Shown piece after piece: positions 30,703-40,832 of a stretch of DNA of 64,000 nt. Every line of letters begins with the position of its first letter. Positions within the stretch are counted from its first letter, which is position 1. The position numbers and the translations under genes are program-made. The stretch lies in the IMG/VR virus record IMGVR_UViG_3300033752_000161, positions 458-64,457 of that record; one strand, 5' to 3'. This DNA is from a virus. The notes beneath the pieces were generated by a model. That model was not told the DNA's origin, ran no database searches, and was given only the letters and a program-made list of their open reading frames with translations.

Positions 30703-30990
30703 TCACCCTTTCGCTATTTTTAAAAGTTGCGTGGCCTTCCGCTCGACCCAATCGCCGTATAGCGGAAGGTGATACCCGCTAGTTCCGTCCCAATTTGCGA
30801 AGTCCTCTGCGTAAGGGCACGCCGCGGCAATCTCCGGATACTGGCGTTGCAAGTCGCGCAACTCGTATGCCCATTTATCGAATTGCTTATCGGTGATTAG
30901 CGACGTGCCCATGCGGTAGTAAAGAAACGAGTGTACGAGCATTTGGCGGCGGCGCTGCGAGATGAGCGCGGCGATTTCTTCGTTATTCAA
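30703..30990 (-). CDS. Stand-alone LigA N-terminal (domain Ia)-like protein
   Basis: HSFLYY...LITDKQFDKWAYELRDLQRQYPE resembles domain Ia of NAD-dependent ligase. Confidence 0.65.
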   Translation of the reverse strand: MNNEEIAALISQRRRQMLVHSFLYYRMGTSLITDKQFDKWAYELRDLQRQYPEIAAACPYAEDFANWDGTSGYHLPLYGDWVERKATQLLKIAKG

Positions 30991-31699
30991 CGTTTCCCCG
31001 CGCCTCCAACGCTTCAAACTCAGGCGGCACCTCATTATTCCGCAGAATCCGCTCAACGATATCGGCGACGGGATGACGCTCGACTTTCGTTAAATTAACG
31101 TGGTCAAAGTATTCATGCGCACCATGTTCGTATAGTCCGCTGAGTAAGCGGTAGAACCCGTTTCGTTCCGGCTTGCGCAGCTTATCGTTATCGATTTGCG
31201 CGAAATTTCCGCAGAATACCATCTTCGTATTGCTTCCCGGCCGCGTTCCTACGCCTAACATCGTATGAGTATCGATGTTTTGCGTTTCATCAACGATAAC
31301 GTAAGCGTTGTGGAACGTTCCGCCTCTTAGCGTTTGAATCGGGTCGAAGAAAAGCTTTCGCCTTTCCTCGTCCCCTTTCGTCCATTGTTCGATGGCCGAT
31401 CGCTTATCCGACGTTAGCACATCGAGATTATCCAGGAACGGGCGCATGAACGGGTACGTTTTCTCGTTGAAGTCGCCGGGAATTGCGCCGATATCAGCGC
31501 CTAATTGCGTCTGTAGTCGCGTGTAAACGATCTTGCGGAACTTGCGCTCCTCTACGCGGTGGATTCCGACGGCTTGCGCGAGTAGCGTCTTGCCGCAACC
31601 GGCTGGCCCCGTTAGAAAAGTAAACGGCTTATCGTTAGCCAACGCCCGTAATGCCGCGGCTTGCGCTTCGTTGCGTGCTGATATTCCCCAATATGCGAT
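30983..31699 (-). CDS. phoH: PhoH-family ATPase; predicted ATC start
   Basis: GPAGCGKT, LRGGTF and IVDETQN motifs; upstream WGISARNEAQ is in frame after AAGGAGG-N8-ATC. Confidence 0.88.
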   Translation of the reverse strand: MAYWGISARNEAQAAALRALANDKPFTFLTGPAGCGKTLLAQAVGIHRVEERKFRKIVYTRLQTQLGADIGAIPGDFNEKTYPFMRPFLDNLDVLTSDKRSAIEQWTKGDEERRKLFFDPIQTLRGGTFHNAYVIVDETQNIDTHTMLGVGTRPGSNTKMVFCGNFAQIDNDKLRKPERNGFYRLLSGLYEHGAHEYFDHVNLTKVERHPVADIVERILRNNEVPPEFEALEARGNVE

Positions 31700-31823
31700 G
31701 GTCGCCGCCTCCTTCGTTAATCTTTAAGCATTAGCCATGCGATGAGCCCGAAGAATCCAAATATGCACACATTAACGTGTTATCGTCCACCGTCTCACCT
31801 CCTCGATTTTTCGCGGCTTATAC

Positions 31824-31856
31824 TTATTTAGACGCCGCCCGATTTGGTGCCGTACA
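31824..31856 (-). promoter_or_regulatory. Phage promoter class A (TGTACG-N16-CGTCTAAATAA)
   Basis: Same elements and spacing recur at 46564-46596. Confidence 0.6.
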
Positions 31857-31903
31857 CTTTCGCGGCCTACATATTTAATCGTTGGAAATCGAGAGTTCGC
31901 ACA

Positions 31904-32938
31904 TCACAAATCGTCAAATCCGTTATCATCCGAAACTTTCGTGTATTGACGCACCTTATTCTCGAAAAAGTCTGTTTTGCCGGCGTTAGTATCCTCGTAC
32001 GCCTTGATCCAACGCATAGGATTCCGACGATATCCGTCAAACGGCCGATCGATTCCGAGCTCGTTCACGCGCTTGTTCGCCATAAAGCGAATGTAATCCG
32101 ATAAGTCGCTCATCGAAATGCCGTCGAATTTGTTCCCGATGATATATTCGCCCCACTTGATTTCGAGTTCGGCGGCCTTGCGGAAGGTTTCGCGGACAAA
32201 TTCGTGCGTTTCCGGCGTGTTGAGGGCCGGGTACTCGGCGAGGAGTTCCCGGAATATCTGCGTAAACAAGCGCACGTGCAACTCTTCGTCGCGGTTGATA
32301 TACGAGATCATCGTAGACGTCGCAACCATCTTTTGGTTCCGCGCAAGGTTATAAAAGAACGCGAACCCGCAGTAAAAGAACAAGCCTTCGAGGATGATAT
32401 CGTAAACGATCGATTCCATAAACGTTTGGGGCGATGGGGCCGCGTCGAACCGTTCATATGCTTGCGCAATGAAATCGTTTCGTTCGCGCAGCACGGCGTC
32501 CGTCTTCCAGTATTCAAAGATTGCGTCTTGGTCCGGTTTAGTGACCAGCGATGACAATACGTACGAATACGATTGATTGTGGACGACTTCCTGGAACGAT
32601 AGCACGCTCATTAGCGCAGACAGCGAGGAATCCGTAAGATAGGCGGAGACTTTACCGGAATAGTCCGTTTGAATCGAATCGAGGAACGCGAGAAGTCCGA
32701 TAATCTTGCGGAAAGTCTCGCGCTCATCTCCCGTTAGCTTCGCCCATTGCCTAACGTCGGCCGTCATGTTGATCTCGGAGGGAATCCAAAAATTCCCGAG
32801 CATATTGCGGTACATCGGGTAGGCCCACGGGAATGCGCAGTCGTCCCAGTTGAGGACGTTAGAGGAACGCCCGTTAATAATTCCGGTGCTGCGATTGGGT
32901 GCGGTCACATCGTAAAGTTTGCGTCGTTGAAGCGTCAT
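31904..32938 (-). CDS. nrdB: Ribonucleotide reductase class I beta subunit
   Basis: LDSIQ, EVVHNQSY, LEGLFFY.GF and RDEELH motifs. Confidence 0.93.
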   Translation of the reverse strand: MTLQRRKLYDVTAPNRSTGIINGRSSNVLNWDDCAFPWAYPMYRNMLGNFWIPSEINMTADVRQWAKLTGDERETFRKIIGLLAFLDSIQTDYSGKVSAYLTDSSLSALMSVLSFQEVVHNQSYSYVLSSLVTKPDQDAIFEYWKTDAVLRERNDFIAQAYERFDAAPSPQTFMESIVYDIILEGLFFYCGFAFFYNLARNQKMVATSTMISYINRDEELHVRLFTQIFRELLAEYPALNTPETHEFVRETFRKAAELEIKWGEYIIGNKFDGISMSDLSDYIRFMANKRVNELGIDRPFDGYRRNPMRWIKAYEDTNAGKTDFFENKVRQYTKVSDDNGFDDL

Positions 32939-32958
32939 AGTATCGTCCTCCTTTTAAA

Positions 32959-35235
32959 TTAGCTTGCGCAGACTTCGCATTCTTCGATTTCCGTCGAGGT
33001 AGAACGCGTATAATACGTCGATTTCAGACCGCTTTCCCACGCGAGCATATGCAAGTCGAGGAGTTCGCGCGCCTTAATCGTATTCTTGACGTAAAAATTG
33101 AACGAAATCGATTGGTCGACATGGCGCTGGCGGGCGGCGTTCTGGCGGATTGACCACGTTTGATCGATATCATACGCCGACTTATAGAACCAAAACGTAT
33201 CCGGCGAAAGGTCGGGCGCGGTTACCGGAATCTTGTAGTTCTTCTTTTCCTCGGAATATTCGCGCTTGAATATCGGGTCAATGGACGCGGTGCTTCCCGC
33301 GATGGTCGCCGTGGACATATTCGGAGCGACCGCCATGAGGTACCCGTTGCGGATCCCGTGCTCCGCGATTTCTATCAACAAATCGAGCCATTCGGATTGT
33401 TCGATTAAGTCGGTATATCCGCGGCTAACGAAATACTCGCCCGTTTGCCACTCACTGCCTTCGAACGCCGGATATGCGCCCTTTTCTTTCGCTAGATCCA
33501 CGCTGGCCTTAATCGTGAGGTACGCGATTTTCTCGTACAATTCATCCGCGTACTTAACGGCTTCTTCCGATTCCCATTTAATCCGTTTCAACGCGAGCAA
33601 GTGGTGCCAGCCGAAGGTTCCGAGGCCGATCGCGCGGTATTTCTTATTCGTTAACTGTGCTTGCGGCACTTCAATCGTATTCAAATCGATGACGTTATCG
33701 AGCATGCGCACCTGAATCGGAATTAAGCGTTCCAGTATATCATCGATAACGGCGCGGCCGAGATTAATCGACGAGAGGTTGCAGACAACGAAGTCGCCCG
33801 GCTCCTTAACGATGATGATTTTCCCGTCATCCGTGTACTCCTCTTTAACGCTGGTCGGCGACATGTTCTGGATAATCTCTGTACAGAGATTCGAACAGTA
33901 GACCATGCCGGCGTGCTTATTCGGATTGGCGCGATTTGCGGTATCTCGATAGAACATGTACGGGGTACCCGTTTCAAGCTGCGATTTCATAATGCGCTTG
34001 AATATTTCGATGGCCGGTACGCGAACCTTCGAAAGATTCGGATTATCCACGCATTCAGCGTATTTCTCACGGAATGAGCCACGGCCGCGTTCCTCATCGT
34101 AATAATCTTCGAGTGAGAATCCACATACCTTGCGAACCTCATGCGGGTCAAACAGATACCAATCGGCGCGGTCCCGCACGGCCTCCATGAAGATGTCGGG
34201 AATACAGACGCCGGTGAACAAGTCGTGTGTACGCAGCCGTTCGTCGCCGTTATTCAGCTTAGCGTCAAGGAACGCCTCGATGTCGCGGTGCCATACATCA
34301 AGATAGACGGCAATCGATCCTTGGCGCTGCCCGAGTTGGTCAACGGATACCGCGGTATTATTAAGCTGCTTCATCCATGGAATGACGCCGGACGATATGC
34401 CCTTAAATCCCTTGATATCGGAGCCGCGCGCCCGAACTTTACCGAGATAAATACCTAAGCCGCCGCCGCCCTTCGAAAGTGTCGCAACGTCCGTATTGCT
34501 ATCGAAAATTCCACGCAGGCTATCGTCGACCGTATCGATAAAGCATGAAGAAAGTTGCCCGTACGATTTGCCTGCGTTGGCGAGCGTTGGCGTCGCGACC
34601 GTCAAGTACAGATTCGATAGCGCCCAATACGCCTCCCGAACGAAATCCAAACGCTCCTCTTTCGGTTCCTGCGACATCAGCGTCATGGCGATAACGAGGA
34701 ATCGTTCTTGCGGGAGTTCGTAGACATCACCTTCGTGGGATCGCGCCAGGTAGCGGTCGGCCAGCGTGCGGAGCCCGATGTACGTGAATGAGTTATCGCG
34801 GACCGGTTCGATGATTTGCGCTAACTCGTTGATTTCCTCTTTCGTGTAGTCGCGCAAGATTAGCGGCGAGTAAATGCCCTGCGTGGTGAGCTCTTTTAGC
34901 AACGCATAGAAACATCCGTATTTTTGCGAAGCGTCGTACACGCGGTTATTTGACGCTTGTTTGTAGAGTTGACGCAAATATACGCGCGCCGCAACGAATG
35001 TCCATTCGGGCTCCTCTGCGCTAATATTGTCCAGCGCGTTCAGAACGAGAAGATTCGTAATTTGTTCCGCCGAATATTCATCTTTTTGATTAATCGCTTG
35101 GACAGCGCGGTCGGCGTATTCCTGTGCGTCAAGCTTCGCGTAGTCTTGCGTAACATCAGCGATAAATCTACGCAGTCTCGGCTCATCGAATGGCAAGCGG
35201 CGGGCGCCGTTATTCTTCGTGATTTGCGTTGCTAT
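32959..35235 (-). CDS. nrdA: Ribonucleotide reductase class I alpha subunit; predicted ATA start
   Basis: ATPTLANAG, LSSCF, CSNLCTEI, VCNL, YY and C-terminal CEVC; upstream in-frame IATQITKNNGARRLPFD. Confidence 0.94.
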   Translation of the reverse strand: MATQITKNNGARRLPFDEPRLRRFIADVTQDYAKLDAQEYADRAVQAINQKDEYSAEQITNLLVLNALDNISAEEPEWTFVAARVYLRQLYKQASNNRVYDASQKYGCFYALLKELTTQGIYSPLILRDYTKEEINELAQIIEPVRDNSFTYIGLRTLADRYLARSHEGDVYELPQERFLVIAMTLMSQEPKEERLDFVREAYWALSNLYLTVATPTLANAGKSYGQLSSCFIDTVDDSLRGIFDSNTDVATLSKGGGGLGIYLGKVRARGSDIKGFKGISSGVIPWMKQLNNTAVSVDQLGQRQGSIAVYLDVWHRDIEAFLDAKLNNGDERLRTHDLFTGVCIPDIFMEAVRDRADWYLFDPHEVRKVCGFSLEDYYDEERGRGSFREKYAECVDNPNLSKVRVPAIEIFKRIMKSQLETGTPYMFYRDTANRANPNKHAGMVYCSNLCTEIIQNMSPTSVKEEYTDDGKIIIVKEPGDFVVCNLSSINLGRAVIDDILERLIPIQVRMLDNVIDLNTIEVPQAQLTNKKYRAIGLGTFGWHHLLALKRIKWESEEAVKYADELYEKIAYLTIKASVDLAKEKGAYPAFEGSEWQTGEYFVSRGYTDLIEQSEWLDLLIEIAEHGIRNGYLMAVAPNMSTATIAGSTASIDPIFKREYSEEKKNYKIPVTAPDLSPDTFWFYKSAYDIDQTWSIRQNAARQRHVDQSISFNFYVKNTIKARELLDLHMLAWESGLKSTYYTRSTSTEIEECEVCAS

Positions 35236-35404
35236 CGTTAATCATCCTCTCGATTTCGATTAGGCGCTGCTCAATCTCCGCTTTCTGCCGGCGTAATCGC
35301 TCGACGTCTTCTTCGCGGATGGTGAGCGCGGCGTCAACGTGGTCCAATTCGTACAGATACGACGCTTTTAGCGCAATGAGTTCGGTAAACGTGTACGAGG
35401 TCAT
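35210..35404 (-). CDS. Hypothetical coiled-coil protein
   Basis: Coupled with neighbouring genes. Confidence 0.5.
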   Translation of the reverse strand: MTSYTFTELIALKASYLYELDHVDAALTIREEDVERLRRQKAEIEQRLIEIERMINDSNANHEE

Positions 35405-35898
35405 TTATCGATCATCCCCTCACGTATCAACCACGCCAGCACAACGGCCGCAGCGTCCGATTCATCATCGGTCCCGAACGCGTAATCATCAGGAAGTCGG
35501 AGATATTTTCGCACCGAATCGGCCACTTTCGCTTTATCCGCCTTCCCATCGCCGGTCAACGTCTTTTTAATGGTGGAGGGTACGAGTATCTCGTCAACTG
35601 CGTAACCGTATCGCCCGAGCGCGCGGTCTACTGCCGACCATGCGCCGAATATCGTTGCATTCGTGTCAACGCGGCGGTCTGGCGGATAAGACTCGCGAAT
35701 AATGGCGTCGAACGGTTTGTGTTCACGTAGAAAGAGCAACGTAAATGCCTCGATAACTTCGTAGCGTTGCGCGCGCCCTTCTTTCGCGTCCGTCTTAACG
35801 TGAGTCGCCGTGAGAAGTGACGCTTGCCTATTGCGTACTTCTACGACGGCGAATCCCGGCGAGGATAGTGATAAATCGAGGCCCAAGTAACGGGCCAT
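35401..35898 (-). CDS. RuvC-like Holliday junction resolvase
   Basis: LGLDLS, IIRE, PSTIKK..TGDGKADK and DDESDA motifs. Confidence 0.85.
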   Translation of the reverse strand: MARYLGLDLSLSSPGFAVVEVRNRQASLLTATHVKTDAKEGRAQRYEVIEAFTLLFLREHKPFDAIIRESYPPDRRVDTNATIFGAWSAVDRALGRYGYAVDEILVPSTIKKTLTGDGKADKAKVADSVRKYLRLPDDYAFGTDDESDAAAVVLAWLIREGMIDK

Positions 35899-36890
35899 TA
35901 TTCGCTCACCGCCATTTCCAATTGATCCGCTTGCGCTTCTTGTTCCGCCATTTGTAGGTTCCTTATCGCGGTTCTGTAATAACTTTCTTTTAACTCGACG
36001 CCGACGAAACGACGCCCCATTTTAATCGCCTGATATCCTTCGCTGCCAATACCAGCAAACGGAGAGAATACGACGTCGCCCGGATTGCTCCACAATTCAA
36101 CACCGCGAGCAATCACGTCAAGCTGCAACGGGCAGATGTGTTTTTCGTCCTTTTCTTCGCGGGCCGACCGATATTGGAGCGTATTTGACGGATTAATATC
36201 CATCCATACGGGTGATGCGTATTTCTGCCATACGAATACGGAACGCCACATTTCGAACGGCCACGGTTGTTTACCGGCTTGACGTAATTTTTCCGCATGC
36301 GCTTCGTATGCTTCGCGGCTGATGTCCAATCCTTCGCCGATAAATTCTTCAAATTCGCCGCTGATCGGCTCCGGATTTTCGCCGGGCTTGCGCATAGTTA
36401 CAAGGTAATCCGGAATGCCTTGACGGGACATTGCGCTGTCTTTTACGACTTGTTTATGCAACAGGCCGAGCGCCTTCGTACGTTGCTGCGCAACTACGGG
36501 ATCTTTCCAAATGCAAACTTCGCTATGGTAGATAAACCCCTCCGACTCAAATGCGCGGATCAGCTCACCGCGAAAATCGCGGATTCCGATATATCCGTGG
36601 TGCGTTTTAGATGTAGGGAGATTCATGCAATGGAACGATACGAGACGGCCGGGGACAATAATCCGGAACATCTCCTTTATCAAGAACCGGAAATGTTCGA
36701 AAAACTCTCCGTCGCCGCGGCAATTCCCCATATCGCGATCACTGTTAGAGTACGTATATAGCGACGCAAAAGGCGGCGAGAAAATGGAGTAATGAACACT
36801 ACTATCCGGTAATCCGCGCGTGATTTCTACGCAATCTCCGTTATAAAGTGCAAAGTTCGATCCAACAACTTGATCCAATACTTTAAACAT
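35898..36890 (-). CDS. DNA methyltransferase (N4C/N6A, beta class)
   Basis: FSPPF catalytic motif, HICP, and FSPFAGIGSE SAM-binding motif. Confidence 0.9.
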   Translation of the reverse strand: MFKVLDQVVGSNFALYNGDCVEITRGLPDSSVHYSIFSPPFASLYTYSNSDRDMGNCRGDGEFFEHFRFLIKEMFRIIVPGRLVSFHCMNLPTSKTHHGYIGIRDFRGELIRAFESEGFIYHSEVCIWKDPVVAQQRTKALGLLHKQVVKDSAMSRQGIPDYLVTMRKPGENPEPISGEFEEFIGEGLDISREAYEAHAEKLRQAGKQPWPFEMWRSVFVWQKYASPVWMDINPSNTLQYRSAREEKDEKHICPLQLDVIARGVELWSNPGDVVFSPFAGIGSEGYQAIKMGRRFVGVELKESYYRTAIRNLQMAEQEAQADQLEMAVSE

Positions 36891-36920
36891 TCAAGCGCCA
36901 CCTTTTCTCATTTTTTATAC

Positions 36921-36974
36921 TTGACATGCGTTAACGCATACTTTACACTAAGAATATAAAATGCGTTAACGCAT
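36921..36974 (+). promoter_or_regulatory. Sigma-A promoter with two ATGCGTTAACGCAT palindromic operators
   Basis: TTGACA-17-TACACT; perfect 14-bp palindromes at 36926-36939 and 36961-36974. Confidence 0.85.
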
Positions 36975-36993
36975 AATCGAAAGGATGATAAAC

Positions 36994-37167
36994 ATGGAAA
37001 TCAAGGTATTTAACGACGGTGCCGAAGTCTTCGACGGCCTGCTTGCGGATTTCTTGGCCGACAATGATAATGACGAGTGGTTGACCAAAGAATGCAGCAA
37101 GCTCGAAAGCGCTCGTCAGATTGAGTTTCGGGAAATCTCTGGTGATTGGGTGATAATTAGGAAATGA
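36994..37167 (+). CDS. Small acidic hypothetical protein (57 aa)
   Basis: AAAGGATG RBS; first gene of an inverted cassette. Confidence 0.65.
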   Translation: MEIKVFNDGAEVFDGLLADFLADNDNDEWLTKECSKLESARQIEFREISGDWVIIRK

Positions 37168-37337
37168 GCGTCCTCGACCAGATTATGGGGGTGAATGAAG
37201 CCTCCGAACGATGGGGGCTTAAACCCGGAACAATCAAAAACCTCTGTGCGGCTAGGAAAATCCTTTCCCGTAAAATCGACAACCGATGGATCATTGACAA
37301 GAATCAACCGAACCCATCCGTGAAGATCGCTGATTAA
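37164..37337 (+). CDS. Small HTH DNA-binding protein (57 aa, not in ORF track)
   Basis: MSVLDQIMGVNEASERWGLKPGTIKNLCAARKILSRKIDNRWIIDKNQPNP fits a MerR/Xis-like HTH pattern; ATGA coupling. Confidence 0.75.
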   Translation: MSVLDQIMGVNEASERWGLKPGTIKNLCAARKILSRKIDNRWIIDKNQPNPSVKIAD

Positions 37338-38701
37338 GCGATCTTTTCTGTCTTCAACCACGACGGAATAATGATCGGTGTTTTTGCTTCGTACTCGGTC
37401 ACGTCGCGCTCCGCCTTCCGGATCGCCTCCGACGTTATATCCTTGGTGTATTTGACCATTTCGCCAACCATTTTCTTAAAGTCGGCTTCCTTTCGCTTGA
37501 TGTTTTCGGCTGTCGCCCCCTCGCGACTGGACGTAATCATGTGGATGTTAACCGGCCGCGTCTGGCCGAACCGGTAGCAGCGCCGAATCGCCTGGAATAC
37601 TTGCTCGAAGCTATCCGATAGTCCAACGAACGCCATATCCGCGCAATGCTGCCAGTTCATACCGAATCCCGCTATCGACGGTTTCGTAACGAGTACGCGG
37701 ATTTTACCGGCCGCAAAGTCGAGCATTGCGCGTTCTTTGTGCGCTGGCTTGTCAGAACCTTTAACCTCGACCGCTCCCGGTATCGCCTTCGTCAGCAACT
37801 CGGACTCGACGTTTAAATCGCACCATACGATAAACGGTCGGTCCGTTGCGTTAACGATTTCGGCGCATGCAGCCACACGCTGCTCGACCGTCTCCCGGCG
37901 TGCCTTCTGCCGTTGCGACAACGTAACGGCCGGATCTCCTTCAACGTCGATGACGAAATCATTTATCGTAAGAGGCGGTAAAATATATCCGTCATCTGCG
38001 TATCCGAGATCGGACGGTTTTTCTAGTACAACGCCCCAGGACGCCACCCACCGCCAGAAGTCGTTTTCTGCATGACCTTTTAGCCGCCATTTACTCGTAT
38101 CTCCACCATCATGCACGAAGAACATCGATAGCATTTCCGACCGGCTCATAACACCAAGGAACTCCGCGTGATTGCCGATCTCCATAAAATCGTTGGGCGC
38201 AGGCGTCGCGGTACACGCAAGACGGTACGGCGTAGACGCGAACGAATCAATGAGCGCCGTACGTACTTTTCCGGTAAACGACTTTAGAATCGATGATTCG
38301 TCCAGTACAACGCCAGTGAACGTTTCAGGGTTAAAATGCGTCAGCATTTCGTAGTTCGCGATGTTCAATCCCGGTTTAACGTCGTTTTGACTACGGCAGA
38401 TCGTGACATCATGACCGAGTATAGCGCCTTCGCGGACGGTTTGCGCGGCAACAGCAAGTGGCGCTAACAGCAATATGTCTCCGCCGGTCTGGCGGTGTAC
38501 GTTCATCGCCCACTCGATTTGCATCCGCGTCTTGCCGAGACCCGTTCCGGCGAAGATCGCCGCCCGCCCGCGCCGCAGCGCCCATCTTACGATATCCTTT
38601 TGAAAATCGAATAGAGACGGGTGAAGCGTTTCACGATCGACCGTGAACCCTGATGGAGGCATTGTCGCCTGTTTGTTTTTGATGAAGGATTCGTAATTCA
38701 T
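37334..38701 (-). CDS. SF2 (SNF2-like) helicase
   Basis: GTGLGKT, LDESS, TATP and QAIRRCYRFGQ motifs. Confidence 0.9.
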   Translation of the reverse strand: MNYESFIKNKQATMPPSGFTVDRETLHPSLFDFQKDIVRWALRRGRAAIFAGTGLGKTRMQIEWAMNVHRQTGGDILLLAPLAVAAQTVREGAILGHDVTICRSQNDVKPGLNIANYEMLTHFNPETFTGVVLDESSILKSFTGKVRTALIDSFASTPYRLACTATPAPNDFMEIGNHAEFLGVMSRSEMLSMFFVHDGGDTSKWRLKGHAENDFWRWVASWGVVLEKPSDLGYADDGYILPPLTINDFVIDVEGDPAVTLSQRQKARRETVEQRVAACAEIVNATDRPFIVWCDLNVESELLTKAIPGAVEVKGSDKPAHKERAMLDFAAGKIRVLVTKPSIAGFGMNWQHCADMAFVGLSDSFEQVFQAIRRCYRFGQTRPVNIHMITSSREGATAENIKRKEADFKKMVGEMVKYTKDITSEAIRKAERDVTEYEAKTPIIIPSWLKTEKIA

Positions 38702-39741
38702 CGCTCCTTTACCGCCTTCCTTATCGTCTTAATCGTGTTGAATGCATCGTAATATGCTTGCTTCTTGAAATCCGGAAGACCCGAACGCATAATTGCGTTT
38801 ACCTTACGCTGTATTGCGTCGAACTCCTCGCCTGACAACGATTGCGCACACGCCGTTTTATACGAATTGAACGTCCATTTATCGATATCGAGCATAGGCG
38901 GTTGTTCGTGTGCTACGGCCGTTAATATCTCCGCAAAGTAATCGCAGACGCTCGACCGCATTCCGTCGTCAATCGCGATCCCGAACGCTTTGATATCCGG
39001 GTACTTTGCGCGATCCTCGTCCGTCATTTCCCACGCCTTTTTTGCAGCATTGACGTAAAGTATGACGTAGTAATCGACACCGTACATCAACGAGTAACAC
39101 ACCGTTTGCTTGACGTGATCCTCTTTCGGCCCGTTTCGCATAGAGTAATCGCCGGTTGCGTTATACGACGTTTGCTTACTCTTGACTTCGAGGCCAACAC
39201 GTATAATCTCGCCGTCCTCGGTTGTATAGCGCATAATTCCGTCACACGTTCCGTATAACGCAAATTGCTGGCCGTTGCAATCGACGATTTGCGCCTTTTT
39301 TGCGAAATCCTCGAACATAGGCTCGCCGTATTCGTTGCGTTCGAACGTGAAAACCGGTGCCTTACTGTGCTTCTCCGCAAAAAGGATATCACGCTGAATC
39401 ATGTCACCGATTGCTGTGCCCAAACGTTTCCATCGTCCCTGGTGCGGAGGCGTATCCGTTTTGTCGCGCTTGGCTCCGCGAAGCTTTTCGTAGAGTTCAC
39501 GCGGACAACTATTCGCGGATGACGGCGAGAAATACGGGATGGCTATCGGCGGCCATACCTTACGTTGCCTATTCGTAAGGTAATCCGCGTACCATCGGTG
39601 AATCTGCGCGTCGAGATCATCGTCGAATACTTCGGGGGCAGCGTGCCATGCGTTAAGATACGCTTCGAAATCTGCCGCGATTTGTTGCGCTAATTCTTCG
39701 TCATTTGTGCGCCCTCGTAATGCTGCGGCTCCTGTCGTTAT
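38698..39741 (-). CDS. PD-(D/E)XK exonuclease-like protein; predicted ATA start
   Basis: GTCDG...LEVKS; frame open 106 codons upstream (FSPSSANSCPRELY) to GAGGAGG-N9-ATA. Confidence 0.75.
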   Translation of the reverse strand: MTTGAAALRGRTNDEELAQQIAADFEAYLNAWHAAPEVFDDDLDAQIHRWYADYLTNRQRKVWPPIAIPYFSPSSANSCPRELYEKLRGAKRDKTDTPPHQGRWKRLGTAIGDMIQRDILFAEKHSKAPVFTFERNEYGEPMFEDFAKKAQIVDCNGQQFALYGTCDGIMRYTTEDGEIIRVGLEVKSKQTSYNATGDYSMRNGPKEDHVKQTVCYSLMYGVDYYVILYVNAAKKAWEMTDEDRAKYPDIKAFGIAIDDGMRSSVCDYFAEILTAVAHEQPPMLDIDKWTFNSYKTACAQSLSGEEFDAIQRKVNAIMRSGLPDFKKQAYYDAFNTIKTIRKAVKER

Positions 39742-39742
39742 T

Positions 39743-39922
39743 TCAATCGCCCTCCTCTTCGTCCTCTAAGCCGGGATATCCGTAATCATCGTCATAAGGT
39801 GCCCAGCCGCAAATACACGGATGGTCCCCGTATTCGTCCGCGAGTACGCGAATCTGGCGGCCGCAGCGTGGGCAGCGGTAAGTTGAATACTCACGCAACG
39901 GCGTTGTGTGCAGTCGTTCCAT
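39743..39922 (-). CDS. Small Zn-finger-like protein (59 aa)
   Basis: YRCPRCG...CICGW; TAATG coupling. Confidence 0.55.
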   Translation of the reverse strand: MERLHTTPLREYSTYRCPRCGRQIRVLADEYGDHPCICGWAPYDDDYGYPGLEDEEEGD

Positions 39923-40557
39923 TACGCGGCCCTCCTATAAGGTAGGACGATTACGTCAATACCGTTTTCTTCGTCTGTTAAAAGAATCGGTGATACCGGA
40001 CCGTTTAATCCAATGCGAACTTGCGTTGACCCAGCGTCTTTGAAAACGTTGAGCGCTGCGAGAAAATACTCAGCGTTAAATGAAATCGTCGTGTATTCGC
40101 CTGTTCTATCCGCACTAATTTCCGCAGAAAAGATTACGCTAGGGTTGTCGTAATCCGCCGATATTGTCACGCTATTTTCCGAATGAGTCAATACGGCAAT
40201 AAACCTTTTGTCTCTCGCGATTTTCGCGACATCAATCGCAAGTTTAACGCGGTCAATCGCTTCTTTAACGCCATTTGCTAACGTGATTTTCGTCTTAAAA
40301 TCCGTTGGGATAAGTTTTGACGTATCCGGATACGTGCCGTCAATCGGCGCGCCGGTAACGATGTGCGACGTAAATGGTTCCGTGAACGTATGTGCGTCTC
40401 GAATGCGTAGCAATTTATGGCGGTCGCATACCGTAATGGAACCGTCCGCTGCGTAATGTGCGCCTTCGAGAATCGGCGTTCCCCCACCGGATTTAACCGC
40501 AAATTTTCGTCCGTGTTTCGTAATCAATTCGAGTTTCTTCGCTTGGCTAATCGCCAT
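39922..40557 (-). CDS. Beta-clamp-like protein
   Basis: PILEGAH, CDRHKL, GTYPDTSKLIP, ISFNAEY and VIVLPYR motifs. Confidence 0.72.
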   Translation of the reverse strand: MAISQAKKLELITKHGRKFAVKSGGGTPILEGAHYAADGSITVCDRHKLLRIRDAHTFTEPFTSHIVTGAPIDGTYPDTSKLIPTDFKTKITLANGVKEAIDRVKLAIDVAKIARDKRFIAVLTHSENSVTISADYDNPSVIFSAEISADRTGEYTTISFNAEYFLAALNVFKDAGSTQVRIGLNGPVSPILLTDEENGIDVIVLPYRRAA

Positions 40558-40561
40558 ACAA

Positions 40562-40828
40562 TCACTCCTCTTCGTCTTCGTTCTCATCGATAAATTCGTA
40601 TTCCAGCGGCTCGCCACGTTTACCGGCCTCGTACGCCAACTTGATCGCGTCGGCGATACGGAAGGCACCGTTCAAGTCACGGTAGAACACGGCGTCCTCC
40701 GGTTCTCCTGCGTAAATCGTTACGCTTTTGCGGTTGCCTGCGTCATCTACGACCGTGACGTCGAGCGAACCCTTACCTGCGTATTCGTCGTAACCTCCGC
40801 CGATATTGTGCGTTTCCGTGACTTTCAT
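40562..40828 (-). CDS. Hypothetical protein
   Basis: RBS; GEPEDAVFYRDL. Confidence 0.6.
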   Translation of the reverse strand: MKVTETHNIGGGYDEYAGKGSLDVTVVDDAGNRKSVTIYAGEPEDAVFYRDLNGAFRIADAIKLAYEAGKRGEPLEYEFIDENEDEEE

Positions 40829-40832
40829 ACAA

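Noticed and set aside
38698-39741. Exonuclease as a Cas4 adaptation component of the CRISPR system
   Set aside because: It is 7 kb away in the recombination operon, and the full four-Cys cluster is not evident; an ordinary phage nuclease is more likely.
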